From positions 1 to 62,994 of the forward strand of contig DATNED010000034.1 in assembly GCA_035553115.1 (NCBI GenBank): 62,994 nucleotides of DNA, read 5' to 3'. The DNA comes from Terriglobales bacterium. Lineage in GTDB: Bacteria > Acidobacteriota > Terriglobia > Terriglobales > SCQP01. Positions 1 to 8,473 of the stretch are shown here, in pieces; positions within the stretch are counted from its first letter, which is position 1; each line of letters begins with the position of its first letter. A program made the position numbers and the translations under genes. The notes below the pieces were generated by a model, which was not told where the DNA came from, searched no databases, and saw only the letters and a program-made list of their open reading frames with translations.

Positions 1-110
1 CAAAAATGGGGAACCGGCCTTTCCCGACCGTCTCGCATGGGGCTTGGACACCAGGAAAAGCCCCACGGCGCAGGACCGGAGTGCCTGCCTGCGGCTTTTT
101 GAGACCACTT

Positions 111-141
111 CCAGACGCCCCGTATCGCCCCGCCCCGCTCC
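111..141. repeat. 31-nt intergenic repeat, copy 1 (CCAGACGCCCCGTATCGCCCCGCCCCGCTCC)
   Basis: 30/31 identical to 34986-35016. It lies about 50 nt downstream of the stop of a - strand gene (the M61 peptidase). Confidence 0.8.
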
Positions 142-191
142 GCGGAGTCCGCAGTTGCAGCCGTGGCCGGCTAGCCAACGTCTTCAAGGTT

Positions 192-2093
192 TTAGTGGCC
201 GGCTAGCCAGGCCGCGCGCAGCGTTTTCTGCTCGGCGGTGGCGCCGGGGAGTTCTTCGATTGCGCAATTGCTGGCTTGGAGTGCTGTCGGGGTCAGCGTC
301 AACTCGAGGCGCTGGCCATGGGTCATCACCGCCACCGTCGCAGCCCGTCCAGGCGGCAGCGACGCAATTGCGGAGTTCGCGGCCCCGCGGCCTGCGCGCC
401 CGCCGCGGACGGTGGGCGTGGAATCGGGAACGGCTTGCCCATCCACGGATTCCACACTCATGCCATTGCCGAACCCGGCGGTTTCCGCCGGGCTGCCGGG
501 CGCGATGCCGCGGACTTGGCTGCCCGCGAAGTAAAGGCCGCTGTAGCTGCTGACCCCCGCGGGCACGCTGCACGCCAGTTTCAGACCGGCGGCCGAGAGG
601 TACTCGTCATACGGCAACAGCTTGGTTCCGGCCACATAATCGCGGAAGAATTTGCCATACGATATGCCGCCGGCGGCGGCCTCGATCGCGTGCTCGACAT
701 CCGAATCGGTGTAGCCGCGGCCGGGGAGGTAGTAGGTGGCGCGCGCGGCGTGGTAGGTGTTGTCCCAGAGCCAGCGCATCGCGTCGTTGAGAGATCGTGC
801 GCCGTGGGTGCGGCGTCGAATGTCGAGATCGAGGACGGCGGCAAGCTGTTCGCCGCGCGTGTAGTAGGAAATGGTGGTAATGCCCTCATTGGTCTGCTGG
901 CGCAGAGGGGTGGCGTCGTGGAACCACGCCGTGAGCGACGAATCCTCGGCGCTCATGAGCCGGTAGGCAGGTGCGGTGAGCGAGATGCCCATGCTGCGGC
1001 CGAGATTGCGCAGGTATTCCTCGGACGACTCCAGGCCGCTGCGCTCCATGCTGATGTCGCCGTAGTACTGGGTGAAGCCCTCGGCCACCCACAGCGAGGG
1101 TGTCGGATTCTGCCCTTCATAATTCCACGGTCCCAGCGCTTGCGGGCGAATGCGCTTGACGTTCCACTGGTGGAAGAACTCGTGGGCAGCATCGTCTTCC
1201 GCGCCCGCGAGGCCGGCATCGGTGCCGAGGCCGGCCGGAATGATGATCTGCGTGCCGAAAAGGTGCTCCATGCCATCGGAGCTGCCCGGATCGAAATGAA
1301 AGAAAAAGGTATAGGTGTCCAGCTCGTCGGGCGCGACTACGGCGTTTTCTGTGCCCACCAGCTTCTTGAGGCCGTCCAGCAAGGCCTCACGGTTGCCTTG
1401 GTTGCCGTGCACAGTGGCGTAATCATGGATCAGGACGCGGTAAGTCTTGCCGTCCATCTGGAATTGATCGAGGGTGAAGTCAGGCGCGGCCTCGGTGGGG
1501 GCGTCAATGAAGATGTCGTAATTGGGGAACCAGAGGTGCGTTTGGTTGAGCTGGCCGAGTTCGTTGAGCACTTTCCAGCCGCGCGGAGTTTGGATGTCGA
1601 GAAGAACAGGATTCGGCTTGCCTCCCTCCGGCACCATGTACACCGGCCCGCCATTCAGGTTGGCGTGGGTGGCATCCACTTGAAAAAAGGTTCCGTCCAG
1701 CGGGCGCTCGCCGTAGACGCGGTATTCCCACCGGACTTGGCGGCATCCGCCGTTGACAATGACCCAAGTATTGGGGTCGGCGCGGTGGAACGGCAGCGCT
1801 GTCCCGTCCACGGCGCACTCGGCAGTCGGCTGCTGCACGTTGACTGCGAAGTTGAAGATCGAGTAGCGGCCAGGGTAAAAGGCCGGCATCTGGATCCGCG
1901 ATTCCGGCTGCGGCGCAGTGAACTCCAATCGGACCGCCGCCAAATGGTCATTGGGGTGGGTGAGATCGAGTGTGTAATGAAGCGGAGGTAGAGGTTTACC
2001 AGCCAACGCTCTGATATAGCTGGCGTTAGGCTGGCCCGCCTGGGCTGCGGCGAAGCCCGCGGCGAGCACGACAAGGGCCGAGGTGCGAAGCAT
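192..2093 (-). CDS. Secreted M61-family (glycyl aminopeptidase-like) zinc metallopeptidase with C-terminal PDZ domain
   Basis: 633-aa ORF with ATG at 2093. It has a signal-like N-terminus (MLRTSALVVLAAGFAAAQA), an HEFFH (HExxH) zinc motif followed by WVAEGFTQYY, and a C-terminal PDZ-like segment (GIAPGSPAETAGF..VDGQAV). Confidence 0.85.
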   Translation of the reverse strand: MLRTSALVVLAAGFAAAQAGQPNASYIRALAGKPLPPLHYTLDLTHPNDHLAAVRLEFTAPQPESRIQMPAFYPGRYSIFNFAVNVQQPTAECAVDGTALPFHRADPNTWVIVNGGCRQVRWEYRVYGERPLDGTFFQVDATHANLNGGPVYMVPEGGKPNPVLLDIQTPRGWKVLNELGQLNQTHLWFPNYDIFIDAPTEAAPDFTLDQFQMDGKTYRVLIHDYATVHGNQGNREALLDGLKKLVGTENAVVAPDELDTYTFFFHFDPGSSDGMEHLFGTQIIIPAGLGTDAGLAGAEDDAAHEFFHQWNVKRIRPQALGPWNYEGQNPTPSLWVAEGFTQYYGDISMERSGLESSEEYLRNLGRSMGISLTAPAYRLMSAEDSSLTAWFHDATPLRQQTNEGITTISYYTRGEQLAAVLDLDIRRRTHGARSLNDAMRWLWDNTYHAARATYYLPGRGYTDSDVEHAIEAAAGGISYGKFFRDYVAGTKLLPYDEYLSAAGLKLACSVPAGVSSYSGLYFAGSQVRGIAPGSPAETAGFGNGMSVESVDGQAVPDSTPTVRGGRAGRGAANSAIASLPPGRAATVAVMTHGQRLELTLTPTALQASNCAIEELPGATAEQKTLRAAWLAGH

Positions 2094-2117
2094 GAAACAC
2101 TTTGGACCGGGGATCGG

Positions 2118-2909
2118 TCAACTGTCAACTTTCCAGCTCAGCAGGAGCAGTGCCGGCACCAGCGCCAGCAAGGGCGAATAAAGCCACCAGCAGCGCGTGG
2201 CCACGGTGTAGTCCTTGAGAGGGGCGAGCATGTTGCCCCACGTCGGCAGGGGCTGGGGAAGGCCGAGTCCGACCAGCTCGAGGCTCACCTCGGCACTGAT
2301 TGCAGCGGCCACGAGCAGGGCAAAATAGGTGGCCACCAGCGGTCGCAGATTGGGCCAGAGATGCCGGCGCAAGAGGTGCCAGGGGCTGGCGCCGAGAAGC
2401 ACGGCGGCTTCCATGAATTCGCGCTGCATGAGGTCGCGCGCTGCAGCCTCGATCGTCCAGGCGGCGAGTGGCCAGGCCGCCATGGTGAAGAGGATGACGA
2501 GGGCGGCGGCAATGGCGCCTGCGGAGGCATTCAGCGGAAGCGCCGCGCGCACCGCCACCAGAACAAAGATCCACGGCAGGCTCCTGCAGATTTCGCCGCC
2601 GCAGCGTGCCAACGGCGAAAGGCTCGGCGTTAAGGCTGCGCCCACCCCTGCCAGGATGGCTAAGCCCAGAGCGGGCACGGCCATGGCCAAGCCGAGCAGA
2701 GACGAGAGCGAGGTCGCGACCAAAAGGCGCGACCAGACGTCCCGTCCGAATTCGTCGGTGCCCAGGCGGTGCGGCCCCGCGGGGGTCTCAACCTTCCAGG
2801 TGGGTGCCGCAAGAACGGCTCCGCGGTCCTGTGTGCGGTACGAATAGGGCGCGAATAGCGGTGCGGTCAGTGCGGCAATCAGCCAAACCAGCGCCAGCGC
2901 CCGCCTCAT
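2118..2909 (-). CDS. ABC transporter permease, peptide/nickel type (DppC/OppC family)
   Basis: The true start is the internal ATG at 2909 (MRRALALVWLIAALTAPLFAPY). Motifs include GTDEFGRDVWSRLL and the EAA-like MEAAVLLGASPWHLLRRHLWPN. The upstream part of ORF 2118..3662 is an extension artefact. It overlaps the upstream permease by 4 nt. Confidence 0.85.
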   Translation of the reverse strand: MRRALALVWLIAALTAPLFAPYSYRTQDRGAVLAAPTWKVETPAGPHRLGTDEFGRDVWSRLLVATSLSSLLGLAMAVPALGLAILAGVGAALTPSLSPLARCGGEICRSLPWIFVLVAVRAALPLNASAGAIAAALVILFTMAAWPLAAWTIEAAARDLMQREFMEAAVLLGASPWHLLRRHLWPNLRPLVATYFALLVAAAISAEVSLELVGLGLPQPLPTWGNMLAPLKDYTVATRCWWLYSPLLALVPALLLLSWKVDS

Positions 2910-3886
2910 CGGTGCGCCCCCGCCCGAGCGGACGCGGCGGCAGCGCGCAGCTGGGGATTGCAGCGAATTTGTACCCACTCCGAACCCCAATTGCAGGCGA
3001 TGACCACAAAGCTGGTCACCATCACCAGCGCCGCAAGCACGGGCAGATCGCGGTTTTGCGCGGCGGTGATCGAGAGCTGGCCAAGTCCCGGCCAGCCGAG
3101 CAGCGTCTCCAGCACGACCAATTCGACCAGCGCTTGCGACACAGTAAGGGAAGCCACCGGGACCAGGACGTCGGCGGCATTGGGCAACGCGTGGATCAAG
3201 AGCAGCCGCGACGGGGCCACGCCGTTGGCTCGCCCCTGCATCATGAAAGCCTTGGCGCGAACCTCCCCCAGCGTGTGGTTCGTCTGAAAATAGACGGTCG
3301 GCAGGAACGCAAGCGCCAGGACCAGGCCAGGGAGCGCAATCGAGCCTCCATCGGGCGACGGCAGCCATTGCGGCGGAGCGAGCACAAGCGCAGCGATGGC
3401 CAGCACGCCCAGCGGTAGCGCGGTCAAGATGGCCGCGACGCCGTGCAGGCTCACATCCAAAAAGCGCTCGATGCGGAAATGCGAGCGCTCGCCGAGCCAT
3501 GCAGGTGCCAGAGCCAGCAGAAGTCCGATGCCCCATGCCAACCCCAAGCCCAGCAGGATCAATTCGGCGCTTGCGCCAGCGCGCTCGCGTAGTAAGCTGA
3601 GCACCGGACGATGCGATTGCAGCGAGTAGCCCAAGTCGCCATGGAACGCCGCCCACAGCCACGCCCCGAATCGGTGCGGCAATCCGGCGCTGGACAAGTT
3701 CTCACTGCGCAGCCGCGCCACCGCGGCGGGGGCAAGCGCCGGGTCCAGCTCAAGTTGGGTGAAGGCATCGCCGGGCGCGAATTGGGCCAAGGCAAAGCAG
3801 ACCAGCACCGAAGCCAGGATGCTGGCGAGCGCGAGCAGAAGGCGCCGCCATCCCCGGTTCCACGCCTCGCGCGCCGATCGGCCCAT
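2906..3886 (-). CDS. ABC transporter permease, peptide/nickel type (DppB/OppB family)
   Basis: Internal ATG at 3886 gives 326 aa (MGRSAREAW...LAQFAPGDAF...). It has multiple TM segments and the permease loop MMQGRANGVAPSRLLLIHALPNA. The remainder of ORF 2906..5299 is antisense to the SBP gene. Confidence 0.85.
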   Translation of the reverse strand: MGRSAREAWNRGWRRLLLALASILASVLVCFALAQFAPGDAFTQLELDPALAPAAVARLRSENLSSAGLPHRFGAWLWAAFHGDLGYSLQSHRPVLSLLRERAGASAELILLGLGLAWGIGLLLALAPAWLGERSHFRIERFLDVSLHGVAAILTALPLGVLAIAALVLAPPQWLPSPDGGSIALPGLVLALAFLPTVYFQTNHTLGEVRAKAFMMQGRANGVAPSRLLLIHALPNAADVLVPVASLTVSQALVELVVLETLLGWPGLGQLSITAAQNRDLPVLAALVMVTSFVVIACNWGSEWVQIRCNPQLRAAAASARAGAHR

Positions 3887-3916
3887 GCGCCTTCCAGCAT
3901 ACTCGCTCTTGTTGGC

Positions 3917-5548
3917 ATGGTTCTGGGCCTGGCTTTGGCAGGACCTGCACAGTCCCATCCCAAAGATGAATTGATTGTTCCGCTCAATTCCGAGCCCCAA
4001 ACCTTCAACCCTGCGTTTGCCACCGACAGTGCATCGCAATTGCTTGCCAGCTTGACCATGGCCGACTTGATGCACATCAACCCTCGTACCCTGGCGGTCG
4101 AGCCCGCGCTGGCGCAGTCGGTCGAGCATCGCAGCCCTCGGCAATGGATCGTGCACCTGCGGCCGAACGTGCGCTTCAGCGATGGGGTGCCGATGTCGGC
4201 CGAAGACGTGGCGTTCAGCTTCCGTGTGTACACCGACGCAAAATTGTCGCCTCCGCAACGGGATTTGCTCACTTCCAACGGAAAGACGGTGGAGTGCAAA
4301 GTGCTGGATGCCACCAGTGTCGAGTTGGACTTGCCCGCTCCGATGGCCGTGGGCGACCGTTTGTTCGACAGCTTGTGGATCCTGCCCCGGCACCTTCTCT
4401 TGTCGGCATTTCAGGGCGGGCATCTCGATCAGGCCTGGGGCCTGGGAACTGCTGCGGTGAGCATGGCGGGGTTGGGGCCGTTCCGGATTGAGTCGTATCA
4501 GCCGGGAAGGGAAGTCGCGCTGACGCGCAACCCGCAATACTGGCGTCGTGACGCTGCGGGCACGCCGTTGCCGTACCTGGCCCGTTTGCGGCTGCCGATC
4601 GTGGCGGATCCCAATTTGCGGCTGACCTTGTTCGCGCGCGGGCAGGTGGACGGCCTCGATGCCATCAGCAGTGGCGAATTCGCCCATTTGGAGGGCAATG
4701 CCTGCTGCCGCCTCCTGGATGCTGGCGCCGGGCTCAATGCCGAGACCATGGTGCTGAATCAGGCGCCCGCGGACGCGGCGGCGCCCGCGGCGATTCCGCG
4801 CGCGTGGTTTCGGATGGTGGCCTTCCGGCGGGCCATTTCCCTGGCGATCGATCGTGCAAACCTGGTGACGAACGTCTTTGGCGGGCACGCAGCGCCGCTG
4901 GCCACGCTCACCAGTCCCAGCAACAAAGCATGGGCTGAGTCGGCGTTCGCCTCGATGCAAGACCTCTCGGGCGCTCGCAAGCAGCTCCAGCAAGCGGGCT
5001 TCTCCTGGAAGGGCGGTTTGTTGCTGGCGCCCGGCGGCCGGCCGGTGGCCTTTTCGCTCATCGTCCCGGCCAGCAACGCCGCTCGTTCGCAAATTGCGGT
5101 GTACCTCCAGGAGGATTTGCGCAAATTGGGCATGACCGTCCAGGTAGTCCCGCTGGAGTTCACTTCCTATGTGGACCGGCTGCAGCGCAGGGACGATTTC
5201 GAGGCCGCTCTGGTCGGCATCCAGATTCCGGATGCGGACCCCAACGTCGAGGGCTATTTGTGGTCGTTGGATGGCGCCGGGCACTTCTGGAACCCGCATC
5301 CGCGCGCACCCTCAGATTGGGAACGGGAGATGGATCGTTGGTTCCATTTGCAGGTCTCCGAACCCAGCGTCGCCGTGCGCAAGCGCGAGTACCGGCGGAT
5401 TCAAGCCTTGGAGAAATCTGAGCTTCCGCTCATTCCCCTGGTCGCGCCCGACATTTTGATGGCGGTTGCTCCCGCCCTTGAGGGGGTTGAGCCGGCGCTG
5501 TTGCCGCCCCACCTGCTCTGGAACGCCGGCCAATTGCATTGGCACTGA
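3917..5548 (+). CDS. ABC transporter substrate-binding protein, family 5 (peptide/nickel)
   Basis: The mature region is typical of SBP_bac_5 (LNSEPQTFNPAFATD, VRFSDGVPMSAEDVAFSF, NPQYWRRD). The start is uncertain: ATG 3917 leaves only a 13-aa hydrophobic leader (MVLGLALAGPAQS), and no canonical in-frame start lies upstream of the RLARRS n-region. Confidence 0.8.
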   Translation: MVLGLALAGPAQSHPKDELIVPLNSEPQTFNPAFATDSASQLLASLTMADLMHINPRTLAVEPALAQSVEHRSPRQWIVHLRPNVRFSDGVPMSAEDVAFSFRVYTDAKLSPPQRDLLTSNGKTVECKVLDATSVELDLPAPMAVGDRLFDSLWILPRHLLLSAFQGGHLDQAWGLGTAAVSMAGLGPFRIESYQPGREVALTRNPQYWRRDAAGTPLPYLARLRLPIVADPNLRLTLFARGQVDGLDAISSGEFAHLEGNACCRLLDAGAGLNAETMVLNQAPADAAAPAAIPRAWFRMVAFRRAISLAIDRANLVTNVFGGHAAPLATLTSPSNKAWAESAFASMQDLSGARKQLQQAGFSWKGGLLLAPGGRPVAFSLIVPASNAARSQIAVYLQEDLRKLGMTVQVVPLEFTSYVDRLQRRDDFEAALVGIQIPDADPNVEGYLWSLDGAGHFWNPHPRAPSDWEREMDRWFHLQVSEPSVAVRKREYRRIQALEKSELPLIPLVAPDILMAVAPALEGVEPALLPPHLLWNAGQLHWH

Positions 5549-5596
5549 TCGCGGCCCGCGCCACTCTGATTTGCGCCGGGCGATAAACTAGGTCGC

Positions 5597-8461
5597 ATGC
5601 CCGCTCCGGCGTCCGCGCCCTTGACGCGCCTGCTGACTCACGAGCAGGAGTACCGCGCCTGGGTGGAAGAGCACGGCGCTCCTGGACGGGACCTCTTCAC
5701 CGCCTTGGCGGATGCGGTGGCACAGGAGGCGCGAGCGGATCCCGCCGGTGCGGTGAAGCTTGCGGAGGCGCTTCTCGAACGGGCGCGCGCGACCGGCGAC
5801 TCGGTCTGCGAATCGCTGGCCTGGCGCGCCAAGGGCAATATTGCGTTCTTGCGCGGTGGGCACGCCGAAGCGCTGGACTGCTACCAGCGCGCGCTCGATG
5901 GTTTCGCTGAGGGCGACGAGTTGGAGCGGGGGCGCACACTGAGCTCGATGCTCCATCCCCTGGCGATGCTCGGAGAGAGGGGCAAGAGCCTCGAGGCGGC
6001 GGAGCAAGCGCGCGCCTGCTTCGAGCGCTGCGGCGCGATGCACCGCGTCGCGCGGCTGGAAATCAACTTGGCCAGCGTGTGGTTCCGTGAAGACCGTTTC
6101 GCGGACGTGCTCGCGGCGCTCCAGCGCGCTTCCGAAGGGCTGGAGCGAGCTCCCGAGGGCGCCGCCGACCACGAGGCCTGGGCGGCGATTCGCGTGACCC
6201 GCGCGGCGGCGTTGATCTACTTGGCGCGGTTCGAGGAAGCGGAGCTCGAGTATCAGCAGGCGCGCGCCTATGCGCTTTCTCACGACCTGGCGGGCCTCGG
6301 CGCCCAAGCCGACTACAACGTCGGCTATCTCTACTTCTTGCGTGGCCAGTACGTAAAGGCCATCCGCGCCCTGGACCAGGCGCGCGAGACGGCGGCGAAA
6401 TACGGCGACAAGCACCATCTCGCCCTCTGCGACCTCGATCAGGCCGACGTCTGCGTGGAGTTGAGTCTGTTTGAGGATGCGCTGCAATTGGCCCATGCCG
6501 CGCTTGCGCAGTTTCAGGCGCTGGGGATGGCCTACGAGCAGGGCAAGGCCCTCACCAATATGGCGGTGGCGGAGCAGTTCCTGGGACGGGACACCGCGGC
6601 GCTCGAGCTGCTGGAGCGCGCCCGCGAGGCGTTTGCGAGTGCCCGCAACGAATTCTGGATGCATCTCTCCGACCTGTATCGGGCCGTGGTGCTGCTGAAG
6701 CTGGGCCGCTGCTTCGAGGCCATGCAGTTGAGCGAACTGGCGCGGTCATTCTTCGAGTCCAGGCAGATTCGGACCAAGGCCATCTATGCCGGCATCATCG
6801 CCGCGCGCGCGCGGGCGGCCGCCCTCGATTTCCCGGGTGCCGAGCAAGCGGCGGCACGGGCCCAGGCGGCGCTGGGTGATTTGCGCGCCCCCTGGCTGCA
6901 GGTGCAGGCCCAGGTGCTGGCGGGCCAGCTTGCTTCTCAGCGCAGGGATGATGCCGCGGCGCTCGAAGCCTATGGCCGCGCCATGGCCGAATCCGAGTCC
7001 ACGCGCGGCAACATCAACTTCGACGAACTGCGCATTTCCTTCATGCGCGACAAGGGGCAGCTCTACGAGCGCTATCTGGAGCTGCTGCTGGGCACCGATC
7101 CGCCGCCGGACCCCGAAATCGTTTGGCAGCACATGGAGCGCGCCAAGTCGCGCTCGCTGGCGCGCGTGATGGCCGGCGGATTCGGCGCCATCCAGCCGCG
7201 GCTGGCCGAGGGTAGCCGCGTGGTGCACGAAATCAATCGCCTGCGCGAGGAGCTGAACTGGTATTACCGGCAGCTCGATCCGTCGCTGGCCTCGCCCGAT
7301 GCGGGCAGCGGGCCCGAGGCCAAAGCCAGCGCCTTGGGGGGAGTCGAGGACGTCCTGGCCGCGATTCAGCAGCGGGAACTTCACCTGCTGCGTGCGATCC
7401 GCGAGCTCCCGGACGATGAATACCGCATTTTCGATCACGATGCCGGCGTCACGATGGAGCGCCTCCGCGCCCGGTTGGCCGACACCACGCTGATCGAGTA
7501 CTTCCATGCCGGCAGCAGGTTCGTGGCGGTGGTGGCCGATCAGAACGAGATCCGGACCGTGCCCCTGCCCGCCGAGCCGGCAGCCATCGACGGCGCGCTG
7601 CGGTTGCTTCGCTTCCAGGTGGGGAAGCGCGCGATGGAGAGCCTCCATTTCCAGCGCCACGCTTCGGCCTTCCAGCACGCCGCCGAGAGCCACCTGCGGC
7701 TGCTGCACAGCGCCTTGATCGCTCCTCTCCTGCCGCACTTGCGCCAATCCCATCTGCTCATCGTTCCCCACGGCGTGCTGCATGCGCTGCCCTTTTCCGC
7801 GCTCGAAGGACCGGATGGCGCATTGGTGGAACACCACAGCGTCTCCCTCGCCCCCAGCGCCGCCGTGTTTGCCCTGTGCGCGCAGCGCGCTGCAAGCCCC
7901 TTCGCTCAAGAGATTCTGGTCGCCGCGGAGCCGCATGCGGCCGCCAACGAGATCGCGGCGGTGGGTGCGAGCTGGCCGCGCTCCTGCCAGCTCACCGGCA
8001 AGGCGGCAACCATCGAGGCGGTGCGCGCCGGGGTGGAGCGCAGTCGGATGATTCATATCGCAGCACACGGCGGGTTGCGCGGTGCCAATCCCTATTTTTC
8101 GGCTCTCGAGCTTGCCGACGGGCGCCTGAACGTGATTGATATCTACAACCTCCGGCTGCGCGCCGACCTCGTGGTGCTCAGCGGATGCGGCACCGCCCTC
8201 GGCGACTTGTCCGGTGGCGATGAATTGATCGGCATGACCCGCGCGTTCCTCTACGCCGGGGCGCGCGCCGTGGTCGCCAGCCTCTGGGATGTGGACGACC
8301 GCACCACCGCGGAATTCATGCAGTTGTTCTACTCGAATTGGAGTCGCGCCGCGCCCGCGCAGGCGTTATGGCAGGCCAAGCGCGATTTCCGCCGCCGCTA
8401 CCAGCACCCGTATTTCTGGGCGCCGTTCCAGCTCATCGGCGCCGCCGGATCGGCGACCTAA
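5597..8461 (+). CDS. TPR-repeat / CHAT-domain protein (caspase-like protease fold)
   Basis: 954 aa. About 620 aa of TPR-like helical repeats are followed by a CHAT domain with HIAAHG (His824, nt 8066-8068), LSGCGT (Cys864, nt 8186-8188), and the terminal YFWAPFQLIG. Confidence 0.85.
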   Translation: MPAPASAPLTRLLTHEQEYRAWVEEHGAPGRDLFTALADAVAQEARADPAGAVKLAEALLERARATGDSVCESLAWRAKGNIAFLRGGHAEALDCYQRALDGFAEGDELERGRTLSSMLHPLAMLGERGKSLEAAEQARACFERCGAMHRVARLEINLASVWFREDRFADVLAALQRASEGLERAPEGAADHEAWAAIRVTRAAALIYLARFEEAELEYQQARAYALSHDLAGLGAQADYNVGYLYFLRGQYVKAIRALDQARETAAKYGDKHHLALCDLDQADVCVELSLFEDALQLAHAALAQFQALGMAYEQGKALTNMAVAEQFLGRDTAALELLERAREAFASARNEFWMHLSDLYRAVVLLKLGRCFEAMQLSELARSFFESRQIRTKAIYAGIIAARARAAALDFPGAEQAAARAQAALGDLRAPWLQVQAQVLAGQLASQRRDDAAALEAYGRAMAESESTRGNINFDELRISFMRDKGQLYERYLELLLGTDPPPDPEIVWQHMERAKSRSLARVMAGGFGAIQPRLAEGSRVVHEINRLREELNWYYRQLDPSLASPDAGSGPEAKASALGGVEDVLAAIQQRELHLLRAIRELPDDEYRIFDHDAGVTMERLRARLADTTLIEYFHAGSRFVAVVADQNEIRTVPLPAEPAAIDGALRLLRFQVGKRAMESLHFQRHASAFQHAAESHLRLLHSALIAPLLPHLRQSHLLIVPHGVLHALPFSALEGPDGALVEHHSVSLAPSAAVFALCAQRAASPFAQEILVAAEPHAAANEIAAVGASWPRSCQLTGKAATIEAVRAGVERSRMIHIAAHGGLRGANPYFSALELADGRLNVIDIYNLRLRADLVVLSGCGTALGDLSGGDELIGMTRAFLYAGARAVVASLWDVDDRTTAEFMQLFYSNWSRAAPAQALWQAKRDFRRRYQHPYFWAPFQLIGAAGSAT

Positions 8462-8473
8462 CTCGCGCCAACC

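Noticed and set aside
111-141. G-quadruplex formed by the G-rich strand of the 31-nt repeat
   Set aside because: Only three G3-4 tracts are present (GGGG, GGGG, GGG/GGGG), and a fourth is missing.
6-553. ORFs 6..206 and 44..553 (+) at the window start
   Set aside because: Their translations are Arg/Pro-rich with no motifs, and they overlap the peptidase 3' end in antisense. The region is treated as non-coding.
276-1991. 571-aa ORF on the + strand
   Set aside because: It is antisense to the M61 peptidase, which has the HExxH motif and a PDZ domain.
2910-3662. Upstream extensions of tracked ORFs (for example 2118..3662, 2906..5299, 3611..5548, 11666..13519, 40251..41633, 43766..45181, 44889..46502, 32356..34983)
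   Set aside because: The extensions overlap neighbouring real genes or leaders and lack family similarity. Internal starts give proteins of canonical length and N-termini.
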